Assembly (NCBI RefSeq): GCF_006864535.1
Contig: NZ_QHLL01000001.1
Location: forward strand, 129,597-193,596
Length of the DNA stretch: 64,000 bases
Origin: Campylobacter sp. MIT 12-8780
GTDB taxonomy: Bacteria; Campylobacterota; Campylobacteria; Campylobacterales; Campylobacteraceae
Direction of reading: 5' to 3'
The position numbers were made by a program, and so were the translations under genes. Every line of letters starts with the position of its first letter. Positions within the stretch are counted from its first letter, which is position 1. This document shows positions 38,791 to 48,748 of this stretch, piece after piece. Under the pieces are notes generated by a model. The model searched no databases and had not been told where the DNA came from. It saw nothing but the letters and a program-made list of their open reading frames with translations.

Positions 38791-40155
38791 TTAGAATTTA
38801 TACTCGGCTTGAAAGCGGATATTGTTTTGTTTTGGATCATCATACCCTCTATTAGAAAGATAATCAGACTTTTGGGTTATATAAGAGTAAAAACCTGAAA
38901 AAACAAGTTTTTCGCTGTAGTTATAATCCACTCTACCTACGATTTCTTGTTTCTTACCTGCTGCGCTTCTATCTTGTATGTTTTCCCAAATTTTTGTGCT
39001 ACCATAAACATAATCAGCGCCTATACGCACGATATCATTAAAGGTATAACCAGCGCTTGCAAAAACAAATTGATTTTTACCTAAAGAGCCGTGCAAGCTT
39101 GAGCCATCGGTATTTTGAATTTCCTCTCCAGCTGTGATAATATCACCCATATCTTCAAGCACATTGAAAGTGATAGAATCATCTCTACCATACGCAGTAT
39201 AGCCTAAAGTGCCATCAAAACCATAGCCTTCAAGTGTGCCTGCTATAGTATAAAGTGAGCCAGACTCAACGCCGTGATTTTTAAGATAATCATCTGAGAT
39301 ATTGCCAAGATATTGAGCTTGCAAGCCCCAATTTAACTGATCGGTAATCGCTAAAGTATATCCAGCATCAACAGCAACAAGCGTAGTTCTATTTGGCACA
39401 TAACCTACCCAAAGTTGTCCTGTAACACCAGCTTGTTCGCTATAGTCGATAATAGCAGCCGCACCATAAATATTATTTGAGAATATAGCGTCTTTAAGAT
39501 CGTCATACTTTCCGGTAATGATTTCGCCGGTTGGATCATCATTTTGATCTACTACAGTAGTTGTTATGCCCGGACGAGTAGGACGAGTTCCATCGCCTTG
39601 AGACCATTCAGGACGAGAACCAGCACCTACAAAATCCCCATCATTATTAACACTATCCACAGCAAATGCAGCAAGTGTAACGCCTTCTAAGCTTTGGTTG
39701 ATGATTTTACCGACCATACCTACTGAGCCATCTATATCATTGTCTGTCCAAATCGTATTTAAAGACTGACGACCGAGCATTATGCTTGTGCCATAATCAG
39801 CAGCGTCATACTGCAAATATGCTTCTCTTAGATAAAAAGGCTGATTTGTCTTTGTGCTTGAGCCAGCACCATAGCCACCATCATCTGCAGCACCATCGTA
39901 ATTATAATCAAGCATACCAACGACTTTTAAGCCATCGCCTATATTTGCAGCTGCACCAAGCTGTGCTCTCATTTTATGAAGTTGGCTATCAGTTTGCTCT
40001 GCTGCACCTTTTTCTCTAAAAGTATCATAACGATATCTTAAAGTTCCTGTAAAATCAACATTTTTAATCGCATCTTCCAAAGAGACAGCATTTAAACTTG
40101 CAAAAGAGCTTAATGCTACAAATCCTGCAAGTGAGAGTGTGATCTTTTTACTCAT
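38791..40155 (-). CDS. porA: major outer membrane protein (porin) paralog 2 (divergent)
   Basis: 454 aa with signal peptide, LEDAIKNVDFTGTLRYRYDT, conserved barrel blocks (LEGVTLAAFAVDS, GYGFDGTLG) and C-terminal RFQAEYKF. The loops differ strongly from copies 1 and 3. Confidence 0.85.
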   Translation of the reverse strand: MSKKITLSLAGFVALSSFASLNAVSLEDAIKNVDFTGTLRYRYDTFREKGAAEQTDSQLHKMRAQLGAAANIGDGLKVVGMLDYNYDGAADDGGYGAGSSTKTNQPFYLREAYLQYDAADYGTSIMLGRQSLNTIWTDNDIDGSVGMVGKIINQSLEGVTLAAFAVDSVNNDGDFVGAGSRPEWSQGDGTRPTRPGITTTVVDQNDDPTGEIITGKYDDLKDAIFSNNIYGAAAIIDYSEQAGVTGQLWVGYVPNRTTLVAVDAGYTLAITDQLNWGLQAQYLGNISDDYLKNHGVESGSLYTIAGTLEGYGFDGTLGYTAYGRDDSITFNVLEDMGDIITAGEEIQNTDGSSLHGSLGKNQFVFASAGYTFNDIVRIGADYVYGSTKIWENIQDRSAAGKKQEIVGRVDYNYSEKLVFSGFYSYITQKSDYLSNRGYDDPKQNNIRFQAEYKF

Positions 40156-40334
40156 TTTCTTTCCTTTCTAAAAATAAATTGCATTCATTATAACATAAAA
40201 ATTTTGAAATTAAAATAAGAATGAGTATAAATTTGTATTTTAATTATCTCTTAGAAATTCACAGCTTGCAAAACCTTTTTTAAGTGCCTTGCAGATAAAT
40301 TGTATCTTACAAGGCATTTTATATCTTTTTTGTT

Positions 40335-42047
40335 TTATTTGGTATTAAAAAGCTGATTTTTCAGCTCTTTATCATAATCTTTTTGAGCGCTTTTACCTAC
40401 TCTTCTTGCCCTATTTTCTAAAAAACTAGGATCATCGGCAAAAAGACTTCGCTTTGCTTCAAAGCCGTCTATATTAAAGCCAGCTATATCAATGATAGCA
40501 TGGACAAGATCATCAAGCATAAAAGGGCGATTTTGAGCCTTAACTATCTTTTCATAAGCTTTTGGGTGTTTTGCTTGAAAAGTATCGCTTGCATAGATGA
40601 TAAAAGGCACTTCCACCATAAAGCGATTTATCTTTACATCGTTGTGAAGCTGGTATTCTTCACCGCTATCATACACATCTTCACCATGATCGCTGATATA
40701 GATGATAAGGCTATCTGTATCTTGAAATTTCTTAATCACTTCGCTTAATACAAAATCTGTATAAAGCACAGCATTTGCATACTCTGCCCTTGTTTTCTTG
40801 CCAAATTTACTTTGTATATCTTTTTCGCTAAAAATGGCAAATTCTTTTGGATAGCGGTTATAGTATATGGCGTGATTTCCCATGATATGCACGCTTAAAA
40901 ACAAGGGTTTGTATTGTTTGGCTAAGACTTTATCAATAAGGGGTAAAATTTTCTCATCAGGTTTTGAGTTTTCAAAATACGAGCTTAAACTCGCCCAATG
41001 AACCTCATCACTTCGCCCAAAAATCGTCGTTGAAGCCTTATCAAAGATACTGAATTTTTCTTGATTGGAAATATTTACATTTTTATAGCCTCCAAGTCTC
41101 ATCGCATCGATAAGATTAAGGTATTCAAACCATTCTTTGTTACTATTTTCTTGATTTGCAAAGCTTAAAACTTGCGAAAGAGACTCATAAGTCGTAGCTC
41201 TTGAAGAGATAACATCATCAAATACAAGCAAATTCTTAGGTTTTTCATCTTTAAGCTTGCTTAAATTTGGAGTATTTTTAAGCTTATAACCATAAATTTG
41301 CATTAGATTTCTTTGTGCGGATTCACCGATGATTAAAACAAGGTTTTGAATTTGATCTTCTTTGCTTGCTTGAGTGTAGTTTAAATCTTTAATAAACGCA
41401 TCATAATCATGCGAGATTTTTTCGTATTCTTTCATCGAAGAAAGAATCTTTTTCAAGCTTCCATTTACAGCAACTGCGGTGTTGTATATCACATCAGAAG
41501 CCCTTTCATAATGTGGGCGAAATTTAAAAATATGAGCTGCGGTAACAAAAAGCAAAAGCAAAACAAACACAAGCAAAATAACGCGACTCCCCCCCCCCTG
41601 TTTTAAAGCCCTTGCATACTTATACACAAGGTAAAAAAGCACGCAAAATAAAAACGCTAAAAGGCAGAATTTCAAGTCAAAATAAGTGATGAAAAATTCT
41701 TTACTCTCTCTTGGATCACTTTGCAACGCTACGCTCACAAGATAATCATTTAAAGTTACTTCAAAATGATACAGCATAAAAAGATTGATAAGAAAAAATA
41801 ACACGCTTAAGGTTATAACACAGGCTAAAAAGAGCTTTTGAAACCATTGTATCTTGATAAAATAAATCAAACAAAAAGCTAAAAAATATGTGCAAAAAAG
41901 CATACTTTCGCGGTAAAAAAACGAGTAAAACCAATACATATCAAAAAGTTTAGGAAGATTATAAATTTGTGCCAGTGTGATAAAAAAAGAGTTTAACACA
42001 AAAAGCAAAATAAAGCTTTTTGCAAAACGCGTATCATGATAAAACAT
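40335..42047 (-). CDS. phosphoethanolamine transferase / sulfatase-family membrane protein (EptA/EptC-like) with an in-frame poly-G tract
   Basis: 570 aa. N-terminal polytopic region and periplasmic sulfatase domain with LIIGESAQ (nucleophile region), HIMGNHAIY and SDHGE motifs. A G10 tract encodes QGGGS. Confidence 0.8.
   Translation of the reverse strand: MFYHDTRFAKSFILLFVLNSFFITLAQIYNLPKLFDMYWFYSFFYRESMLFCTYFLAFCLIYFIKIQWFQKLFLACVITLSVLFFLINLFMLYHFEVTLNDYLVSVALQSDPRESKEFFITYFDLKFCLLAFLFCVLFYLVYKYARALKQGGGSRVILLVFVLLLLFVTAAHIFKFRPHYERASDVIYNTAVAVNGSLKKILSSMKEYEKISHDYDAFIKDLNYTQASKEDQIQNLVLIIGESAQRNLMQIYGYKLKNTPNLSKLKDEKPKNLLVFDDVISSRATTYESLSQVLSFANQENSNKEWFEYLNLIDAMRLGGYKNVNISNQEKFSIFDKASTTIFGRSDEVHWASLSSYFENSKPDEKILPLIDKVLAKQYKPLFLSVHIMGNHAIYYNRYPKEFAIFSEKDIQSKFGKKTRAEYANAVLYTDFVLSEVIKKFQDTDSLIIYISDHGEDVYDSGEEYQLHNDVKINRFMVEVPFIIYASDTFQAKHPKAYEKIVKAQNRPFMLDDLVHAIIDIAGFNIDGFEAKRSLFADDPSFLENRARRVGKSAQKDYDKELKNQLFNTK
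41589..41598 (-). repeat. intragenic homopolymeric G10 (coding strand) in the eptA/eptC-like gene; in frame (ON) at this length
   Basis: 10 consecutive C on the + strand at 41589..41598, inside the ORF after transmembrane helix 4. Confidence 0.9.
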
Positions 42048-42211
42048 CTTACAACCCCTTTAAAAATAGGGCTAAATTCTACCATAAAAAAATAAATTCA
42101 AAACCTACGATATAAATTTAAAGTGTTTTTTGAAATTTCAAATGCAAAGATCAATTTTAGTTTTTGCTTAAGAAAAATGAGCTACAATAAGCTTTTGAAA
42201 AAAGGGAAGTT

Positions 42212-43555
42212 ATGGCAAAAAACAAAAGTGTGATTTTTGAATGTCAGCATTGTGGTAACCAGCAAAGCAAATGGCTTGGAAAATGTCCTGATTGTGGCTC
42301 TTGGGATAGTTTTATCGAGCTTAAAGCCGAACAAATCGCTGTTTTAAAAGAAATCGCGACTCTAGGCTCTGCATCAAATGAAGCAGTGTGTATAGAAGAA
42401 GTGAAGATAGAGACTTTAAAGCGAATCAGCACTGATGATCATGAGCTTGATTTGGTGCTTGGCGGGGGTTTGGTGCAAGGTTCTTTAGTGCTTATCGGCG
42501 GAAGTCCGGGCGTAGGCAAATCCACGCTTTTGCTTAAAATCGCTTCAAATTTAGCCAAAAAAGGCACAAAAGTGCTTTATGTAAGCGGCGAAGAGAGTAA
42601 AACGCAGATCAAATTAAGAGCCAATCGCCTTGAAGCAAATGCTAAGGAGCTGTTTTTACTCACTGAACTTTGTCTTGAAGATATCATCGCTCAAATCCAC
42701 AAAGGTGGATATGAAGTCCTCATTATCGATTCTATTCAAACTTTGTATTCAAACAAGATCACTTCAGCAGCTGGTAGCTTAACACAAGTAAGAGAGATCA
42801 CTTTTGAGCTGATGAGGCTTTCAAAAGCTCATAATATCAGCACTTTTATCATAGGACACATCACAAAAGACGGAGCCATAGCTGGTCCTAGAGTGCTTGA
42901 ACATATGGTTGATGTGGTGCTTTATTTTGAGGGCGATTCTACGCGTGAAATTAGGCTTTTAAGAGGCTTTAAAAACCGCTTTGGCAACACAAGTGAGGTG
43001 GGTATTTTTGAGATGAGTGCAAGGGGGCTTATCAGTGCTAAGGATATAGCAAGTCGTTTTTTTGTGCGTGGAAAAGCCACAAGTGGCAGTGCTTTAGGCG
43101 TCATTATGGAGGGCTCTAGAGCTTTGATTATCGAAGTGCAAGCTTTAGTATGTGAAAGCTCCTATCCTAAACGAAGCACTACAGGCTATGAAAAAAACCG
43201 CCTTGATATGCTCTTAGCCTTACTTGAGCGGAAGCTTGAAATTCCTCTAGGGCATTATGATGTGTTTATCAATATCAGCGGAGGCGTAAAAGTCAATGAA
43301 ACAGCGGCTGATTTAGCTGTGGTTGCAGCTATCATCTCAAGCTTTAGAAATCGCCCCTTAAGCAAAGATAGCGTCTTTATCGGTGAGCTGAGTTTAAATG
43401 GAGAGATAAGAGAAGTTTTTAGCCTTGATACGAGGTTAAAAGAAGCGAGTATGCAACATTTTAAAAATGCTATAGTGCCGATTAAAGCTCTTGAAAAAAT
43501 CGATATAAAATGCTTTGTCGCTAAAGAGCTTAGTCAAGTTTTAGAATGGATGTAA
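42212..43555 (+). CDS. radA: DNA repair protein RadA (Sms)
   Basis: 447 aa. Zinc finger CQHCGNQQSKWLGKCPDCGSW, Walker A GGSPGVGKST, and the KNRFG motif. Confidence 0.95.
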   Translation: MAKNKSVIFECQHCGNQQSKWLGKCPDCGSWDSFIELKAEQIAVLKEIATLGSASNEAVCIEEVKIETLKRISTDDHELDLVLGGGLVQGSLVLIGGSPGVGKSTLLLKIASNLAKKGTKVLYVSGEESKTQIKLRANRLEANAKELFLLTELCLEDIIAQIHKGGYEVLIIDSIQTLYSNKITSAAGSLTQVREITFELMRLSKAHNISTFIIGHITKDGAIAGPRVLEHMVDVVLYFEGDSTREIRLLRGFKNRFGNTSEVGIFEMSARGLISAKDIASRFFVRGKATSGSALGVIMEGSRALIIEVQALVCESSYPKRSTTGYEKNRLDMLLALLERKLEIPLGHYDVFINISGGVKVNETAADLAVVAAIISSFRNRPLSKDSVFIGELSLNGEIREVFSLDTRLKEASMQHFKNAIVPIKALEKIDIKCFVAKELSQVLEWM

Positions 43556-43634
43556 AAACCATAAATCAAAATTTAAAGTCTAAATTTTAAAAAAGAACAA
43601 ATCTAAAAAAAGATTTTAATAAAAATAAGAAAAG

Positions 43635-43669
43635 AATTTTAAAAAAGCAAAGAGGCATAAAGCCTCTTT
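43635..43669. terminator. bidirectional terminator hairpin between radA and porA copy 3 (aaagaggc-ataaa-gcctcttt)
   Basis: 8-bp stem. On the minus strand it is followed by GCTTTTTT, making it the porA-3 terminator. It uses the same stem sequence as the porA-1 terminator. Confidence 0.65.
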
Positions 43670-43687
43670 GTGCGGTTTAAACATGAA

Positions 43688-44995
43688 TTAGAATTTGTAG
43701 ATCGCTTGGAAACGAACTGAATTCTTTTTAGTGTCATAATCATCTGCAACGCCAGCTTCTGCTTTAGCTTTTACATCAAGATAAGAATAGTAAAGCAAGA
43801 AGTCAAGGTTTTTAGTATAGTTGTAGCTTACTTCTGCTACAGCTTCCATTTTATCGCCGCCACCTGCACCAGCAGAAGTTTGAGCAGTGCCTGCATCAGC
43901 AGTAGTTGCACCATAGATAAATTGAACGCCAAGTCTTAGATCAGATGGAAGAGTATAACCAGCAGTTACATAACCAAAGGTATTTTGTCCGAAGCTATCT
44001 GTAAGGTTAGAACCTTGCATATAGAAGATTTCCTTACCAGCTGGAAGCACTTTATAGCTTCTATCTTCGATCATGTTAATAGTAGTTTTACCTTTTTTAC
44101 CATACATTACCCCACCAAGTGTGCCATCAAAGCCATAACCTTTGATTGTTCCTCTAAGATTTACAAAGTTACCATTAGCTACACTATCGCTACCAAATTT
44201 ATCTTTTACAGTAGAATCCAAAGAGTTACCTAAGTAATTGACTTGAAGAGTCCAGCTTAAGTCTTGATCGATAGGTAAGCCATACACTACATCAAGAGCG
44301 TAGAAGAATGCTCTTTTATTCAAATAACCTAACCAAAGTTGAGTATCAAGAGTAGAACCACCCAAATCATACGCACCTATAGCAGCTGCACCATAGAAAT
44401 TTTGTCTAAAGATGAAATCTGCTGCATTGCTACCAACAGCATCAACATTAGTTGTAGGTCTTTGGAAAGCTCTTTCTCCATCTGCTTCAAAACTATCTAC
44501 AGCAAAAGCAGCTAAAGTTAAGCCATCTATGCCAGTATAAAGAGCTTTAGCAGCCATTCCTACCATATCATCAGTCCAAATGGTGCCAAGTTCTTGCTTA
44601 CCCCAGATGAAGCTAGTGCCATAATCGGCTAAGTCATATTGCAAATATGCTTGACGAAGTTTAAAAGTCTCGCCGGTTGCAGTTGTATTACCTGCTCCAT
44701 AACCACCATTATTGTCTTGTCCGTATTGAACTTGTCCAAATACTTTGAAGCCATCGCCAATATCAGCTTTTGCAGCTAATCTTGCACGGAATCTATGAGT
44801 TTGTCTTGCATTGTCGCCATTCATTGTACTTTGAGCGTTTCTATCAAACTCATCCCAAGCAGCTGTATCATAGCGGTATCTTAATTGACCTGTAAAATCA
44901 ACATTCTTAATCGCATCTTCTAAAGAAACAGCGTTAAGTGCTGAAAACGAACCTGCAGCGATAGCAGCTGCTAAACTTAACTTTACTAATTTCAT
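43688..44995 (-). CDS. porA: major outer membrane protein (porin) paralog 3
   Basis: 435 aa. MKLVKLSLAAAIAAGSFSALNAVSLEDAIKNVDFTGQLRYRYDT ... RFQAIYKF. About three-quarters identical to copy 1, with long identical blocks. Confidence 0.9.
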   Translation of the reverse strand: MKLVKLSLAAAIAAGSFSALNAVSLEDAIKNVDFTGQLRYRYDTAAWDEFDRNAQSTMNGDNARQTHRFRARLAAKADIGDGFKVFGQVQYGQDNNGGYGAGNTTATGETFKLRQAYLQYDLADYGTSFIWGKQELGTIWTDDMVGMAAKALYTGIDGLTLAAFAVDSFEADGERAFQRPTTNVDAVGSNAADFIFRQNFYGAAAIGAYDLGGSTLDTQLWLGYLNKRAFFYALDVVYGLPIDQDLSWTLQVNYLGNSLDSTVKDKFGSDSVANGNFVNLRGTIKGYGFDGTLGGVMYGKKGKTTINMIEDRSYKVLPAGKEIFYMQGSNLTDSFGQNTFGYVTAGYTLPSDLRLGVQFIYGATTADAGTAQTSAGAGGGDKMEAVAEVSYNYTKNLDFLLYYSYLDVKAKAEAGVADDYDTKKNSVRFQAIYKF

Positions 44996-45246
44996 ACGAA
45001 ATCTCCTTCACTAAAATTTTGAATTAGTGCGAGTATTGTAACCAAAAAAACAGATTTTTTTGTTTAAAATTTGCTTAAAGTATCAAAAAAGCTTATTTTT
45101 AAGAGATAAAAAGCTCTTAAAATTGAAAAAATAGCATTATTTGAGTGCGTATTTTAGGGCAAAAGTGTATTTATGAAAAAAAATAAAAATTTATTTACCT
45201 TTTGGCATTACAATATCACGCTTTAAAATACACTAAAGGAGTAAGG

Positions 45247-46440
45247 GTGCAAGCGTATAAAAAAGCGATATTTGCTTTAGCTTTGAGTGCTTTTTGTTTG
45301 GGTGTTACTGAATTTGTAATGGCTGGAGTTTTAGTTGATGTGCAAAAGTATTTTAATGTCGATGCAAAAACAGCTGGCTGGCTTACGACTTTGTATGCGA
45401 TCGGAGTTGTTATCGGTGCTCCTTTAATCACCATACCTTTAAGCCGTTTTAACCGCCACATACAGCTTCTTATCAATCTTAGCATTTTTGCAGTAGCAAA
45501 TTTCATCATCTTTTTAAGTCCAAATTTTTATCTTACTGCCTTTGCTCGGTTTATGGCTGGGACACAACATGGCGTGTTTTTTGTCATCGCAACGCTTGCA
45601 GTTACTGCTATAGCTCCAGCACATGAACGCTCAAGAGCTTTAGCTGTAATGGTTACAGGGCTCACTGTGGCTTTGGTTACGGGCGTGCCTTTGGGGACTT
45701 TTGTAGGGCATTTTTTTGGTTTTAAATTTATCTTTTTGCTGATCTTTGTCATCACTTTGCTTGCGATTTTTGGAATTTTTCATATGATGCCAAGAGATAT
45801 TAGCCCAAGTGCGATGAGTTTAAAAAGCCTTATACCAGCTTTTTCGCACAAAAATTTACTTAAAACTTATGTGATTACGACTTGCACTTGTGGGGCGCAA
45901 TTTGTGCTTTATACTTATATACAAAAACTTTTAGTTGATGTCAGTGGCTTTGAAGTGGCAAACACCGCATATATCTTGCTTGTTTATGGACTATGTGCCA
46001 TACTTGGCAATCTTTATGGAGGCAAGCTTGTTGATAAAATAGGTGCTGTAATGAGCCTTAGGATCATACTTATCTTACAAGTTGCGGTGTTTTTAAGCGT
46101 GAGTTTTACTATGTATTCGCAAATTTTAATCGTGATTAATATCGCTTTGATAGGCGCTTTGAGCTTTTCAACCATACCAGCTTTAAAGATGATGGGCTTA
46201 AGCAAGGCAAAAAGGCATGCAAATTCCTTTATCGATAGTGCAGTAAGCATAAATGAAGCAGCCTTTAATGTCGGTATAGCTCTTGCTTCTTGGCTTGGTG
46301 GCTTTGTGCTTGCGCATTTAGGCGTTGAGTTTAATGCTGTTTTTTCGGCGTTATTTGTGCTACCAGCTTTACTTTTTAGCGTGCTTTTTGCAAAAGATAA
46401 GGTGAATTTTAACAAACTCAAGAGAAAAAAGAAAGCTTAA
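45247..46440 (+). CDS. MFS transporter (sugar/drug efflux-type, 12 transmembrane helices)
   Basis: ~398 aa from GTG 45247, preceded by an AAGGAG Shine-Dalgarno. The ORF-track start at 45202 lacks a Shine-Dalgarno. Hydrophobic MFS topology. Confidence 0.75.
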   Translation: MQAYKKAIFALALSAFCLGVTEFVMAGVLVDVQKYFNVDAKTAGWLTTLYAIGVVIGAPLITIPLSRFNRHIQLLINLSIFAVANFIIFLSPNFYLTAFARFMAGTQHGVFFVIATLAVTAIAPAHERSRALAVMVTGLTVALVTGVPLGTFVGHFFGFKFIFLLIFVITLLAIFGIFHMMPRDISPSAMSLKSLIPAFSHKNLLKTYVITTCTCGAQFVLYTYIQKLLVDVSGFEVANTAYILLVYGLCAILGNLYGGKLVDKIGAVMSLRIILILQVAVFLSVSFTMYSQILIVINIALIGALSFSTIPALKMMGLSKAKRHANSFIDSAVSINEAAFNVGIALASWLGGFVLAHLGVEFNAVFSALFVLPALLFSVLFAKDKVNFNKLKRKKKA

Positions 46441-46519
46441 ACGCTCGCAAGAATTTGGCTTAAGTTGGAACGAAATTTGCTTTATCTTAAGTGTAAAATT
46501 CACAAAAAAGGAGTGTAAG

Positions 46520-46813
46520 ATGGTTAATTCTATCCAACAAGAAAGCGTAAATTCGAACTTTTACTCAAAGGTTAAGACGCAAAAAACAAGTGCAGATGAG
46601 TTTCAAGCAACGATAAATGAGATCAAAAAAGAAGAAAGTGCAAAAAGCACAAATTCAAAATTTGAAAATCTCGATCTTGATCTGAGTAAGACAATGAGTA
46701 ATTTTATCACTTATGCTCAAAACAAAAGCTATGAAGACGGCTTGAAAAAGATAGAAGAAGATCAGCTTAATAAGCTCTTTAAAACTATCGATGAAAACAC
46801 AAAAAACCGCTAA
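46520..46813 (+). CDS. small hydrophilic hypothetical protein
   Basis: 97 aa with an AAGGAG Shine-Dalgarno 7 nt upstream of the ATG. Charged and helical. Confidence 0.5.
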   Translation: MVNSIQQESVNSNFYSKVKTQKTSADEFQATINEIKKEESAKSTNSKFENLDLDLSKTMSNFITYAQNKSYEDGLKKIEEDQLNKLFKTIDENTKNR

Positions 46814-46891
46814 AATGCTTTGAGCTAAAAGAAGTTTTAAGCACAAATTTGCTAGAATTAAAGCTTAAAACTTACTTAAAGAAAGCGTTTT

Positions 46892-47962
46892 ATGGCTTAT
46901 ACAAGATTTAAAACAAAACAAATCAATGTGGGTGGCGTGCTTGTAGGAGGGGACGCGCCCATTTCTACTCAATCCATGCTTTTTAGCAAAACAAGAGATA
47001 TAAAGGGCTGTTTAGATCAGCTTAATCGCTTGTATTTTGCTGGGGCTGATATCGTGCGTTTAGCTTGTCTTGATATGGCTGATGCAAGGGCTTTAAAAGA
47101 GATCAAAGCTCAAAGTCCATTGCCTCTTATAGTAGATATTCATTTTAATCATAAGCTTGCTGTATTTTGTGCTGAATTTATCGATGGGGTGCGGATAAAT
47201 CCGGGGAATATAGGCTCAAAAGATAACATTAAAGAAGTCGTAAAAGCCTGCAAAGAACGCAAAATCCCTATCCGCATAGGCATAAATCACGGCTCTATAG
47301 AAAAGCAGTTTGCTGATCGTTATGGATATGGCGTTGAAGCTATGCTTGCAAGTGCGCAGTATAATATCAAGCTTTTAGAGGACTTTGACTTTACAGATAT
47401 AAAAATTTCGATGAAAACTTCAGATACACAAAAAACCATAGAAGCGTATGAGCGTTTGCGTCCTTTGGTGAGTTATCCTTTTCACTTAGGCGTAACTGAA
47501 GCTGGCACAAAATTTCACAGCACTATAAAATCCTCAATCGCCCTTGGTAATTTACTCTTAAAAGGCATAGGCGATACGATGAGAGTTTCAATGACAGGCG
47601 AACTTGAAGAAGAAATTCGCGTCGCAAAGGCGATCTTGCAAGATAGCGGAGTGCAAAAAAGCGGGATTAATATCATCTCTTGTCCAACTTGCGGGCGCAT
47701 ACAAAGTGATTTGGTAAAGGCTATAAAAATAGTCGAAGAAAAGGTAAAACATATCAAAGAACCTTTAAATATCAGCGTTATGGGTTGTGTTGTAAATGCT
47801 TTAGGAGAAGCTAAAGGAGCTGATGTAGCTATCGCCTTTGGCAAAGGACAAGGACTTGTGATAAGACATGGCGAAGTCGTCGCTAAACTCAAAGAAAATG
47901 AGCTTGTGGATCGCTTTTTGCAAGAAGTTGAGGACGAAGTAAGGGTGCGAAAAGAAGCTTGA
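46892..47962 (+). CDS. ispG: 4-hydroxy-3-methylbut-2-enyl diphosphate synthase (flavodoxin)
   Basis: 356 aa GcpE with 4Fe-4S cysteines (ISCPTCGR ... MGCVVN). Confidence 0.95.
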   Translation: MAYTRFKTKQINVGGVLVGGDAPISTQSMLFSKTRDIKGCLDQLNRLYFAGADIVRLACLDMADARALKEIKAQSPLPLIVDIHFNHKLAVFCAEFIDGVRINPGNIGSKDNIKEVVKACKERKIPIRIGINHGSIEKQFADRYGYGVEAMLASAQYNIKLLEDFDFTDIKISMKTSDTQKTIEAYERLRPLVSYPFHLGVTEAGTKFHSTIKSSIALGNLLLKGIGDTMRVSMTGELEEEIRVAKAILQDSGVQKSGINIISCPTCGRIQSDLVKAIKIVEEKVKHIKEPLNISVMGCVVNALGEAKGADVAIAFGKGQGLVIRHGEVVAKLKENELVDRFLQEVEDEVRVRKEA

Positions 47963-47992
47963 GGCTTTTGCTTGAAGCTTCTTTTATCGTTT
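47953..47992 (+). terminator. terminator hairpin after ispG
   Basis: agaagctt...aagcttct stem overlapping the stop codon, followed by TTTTATCGTTTT. Confidence 0.5.
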
Positions 47993-48037
47993 TGAGGTGT
48001 TTATTTGCTTTTTTTGCTGGCTGAATTGTTATAAATT

Positions 48038-48748
48038 TTAATTCATCATCACATTTGGCTGGGCGTTTAGCTTTTTATACTCTTCACAAGAATTAAGATG
48101 TGTAAGATCGCAAGCTTTGCCGAAGTATTTTTTTGCGTCTGCTTGATTTTTCTTTTCAAGAGCAATTTTACCTAAAGCATAGCACGCTGGGGCGTAGTTA
48201 AGCTCGCAAGAACTCGTAAAAGCTCTTGAAGCAAGTTGAATGTTTTGACGCACTAAAATGCCATCTTCATAAAGCAAACCTTGTTTAAAGCAAGCGGCTG
48301 CGTCCTTGAGTTTGCACGCTCTTTGAAAAAAATCAAGCGCTAAGCTTCCATCTTCTTGTGCTTCATATCTTAGCCCTAAATTTACGCACGAATCCTTATG
48401 TCCTAGGACGCAAGCTTGATAAAAGCTTAAATCAGCTTGCTTGTTTTGTCCATTTTTATCTAAAAGCAAGGCAAGATTAAAGCAGGCGCTAGCTTGCTTG
48501 AGTTGGCATGCTTTTTCATAATAGCTTTTTGCCCTAGCATCATCTTTATCTACACCTTGCGCGCTTTCATACATAAAACCAAGAAAAAAGCAGGCTTTGG
48601 CGTTATTATTTTGCTGGCATAAATCATAAAAAATCGTTGCTGCTTGGGTGTAATTTTGCGCCTCATAACGCCCCAAACCTTCATCTAAGCTTGCTGAAAA
48701 AGCAAAACTTAAGCATATACTGATACATAAAAATAGTTTTTTCATCAC
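48038..48748 (-). CDS. Sel1-repeat (Hcp-like cysteine-rich) secreted protein
   Basis: 236 aa with a signal peptide and repeated ~36-aa Sel1 units with paired Cys (KACFFLGFMYESAQGV..., ACFNLALLL..., ACYALGKIA...). Confidence 0.8.
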   Translation of the reverse strand: MMKKLFLCISICLSFAFSASLDEGLGRYEAQNYTQAATIFYDLCQQNNNAKACFFLGFMYESAQGVDKDDARAKSYYEKACQLKQASACFNLALLLDKNGQNKQADLSFYQACVLGHKDSCVNLGLRYEAQEDGSLALDFFQRACKLKDAAACFKQGLLYEDGILVRQNIQLASRAFTSSCELNYAPACYALGKIALEKKNQADAKKYFGKACDLTHLNSCEEYKKLNAQPNVMMN

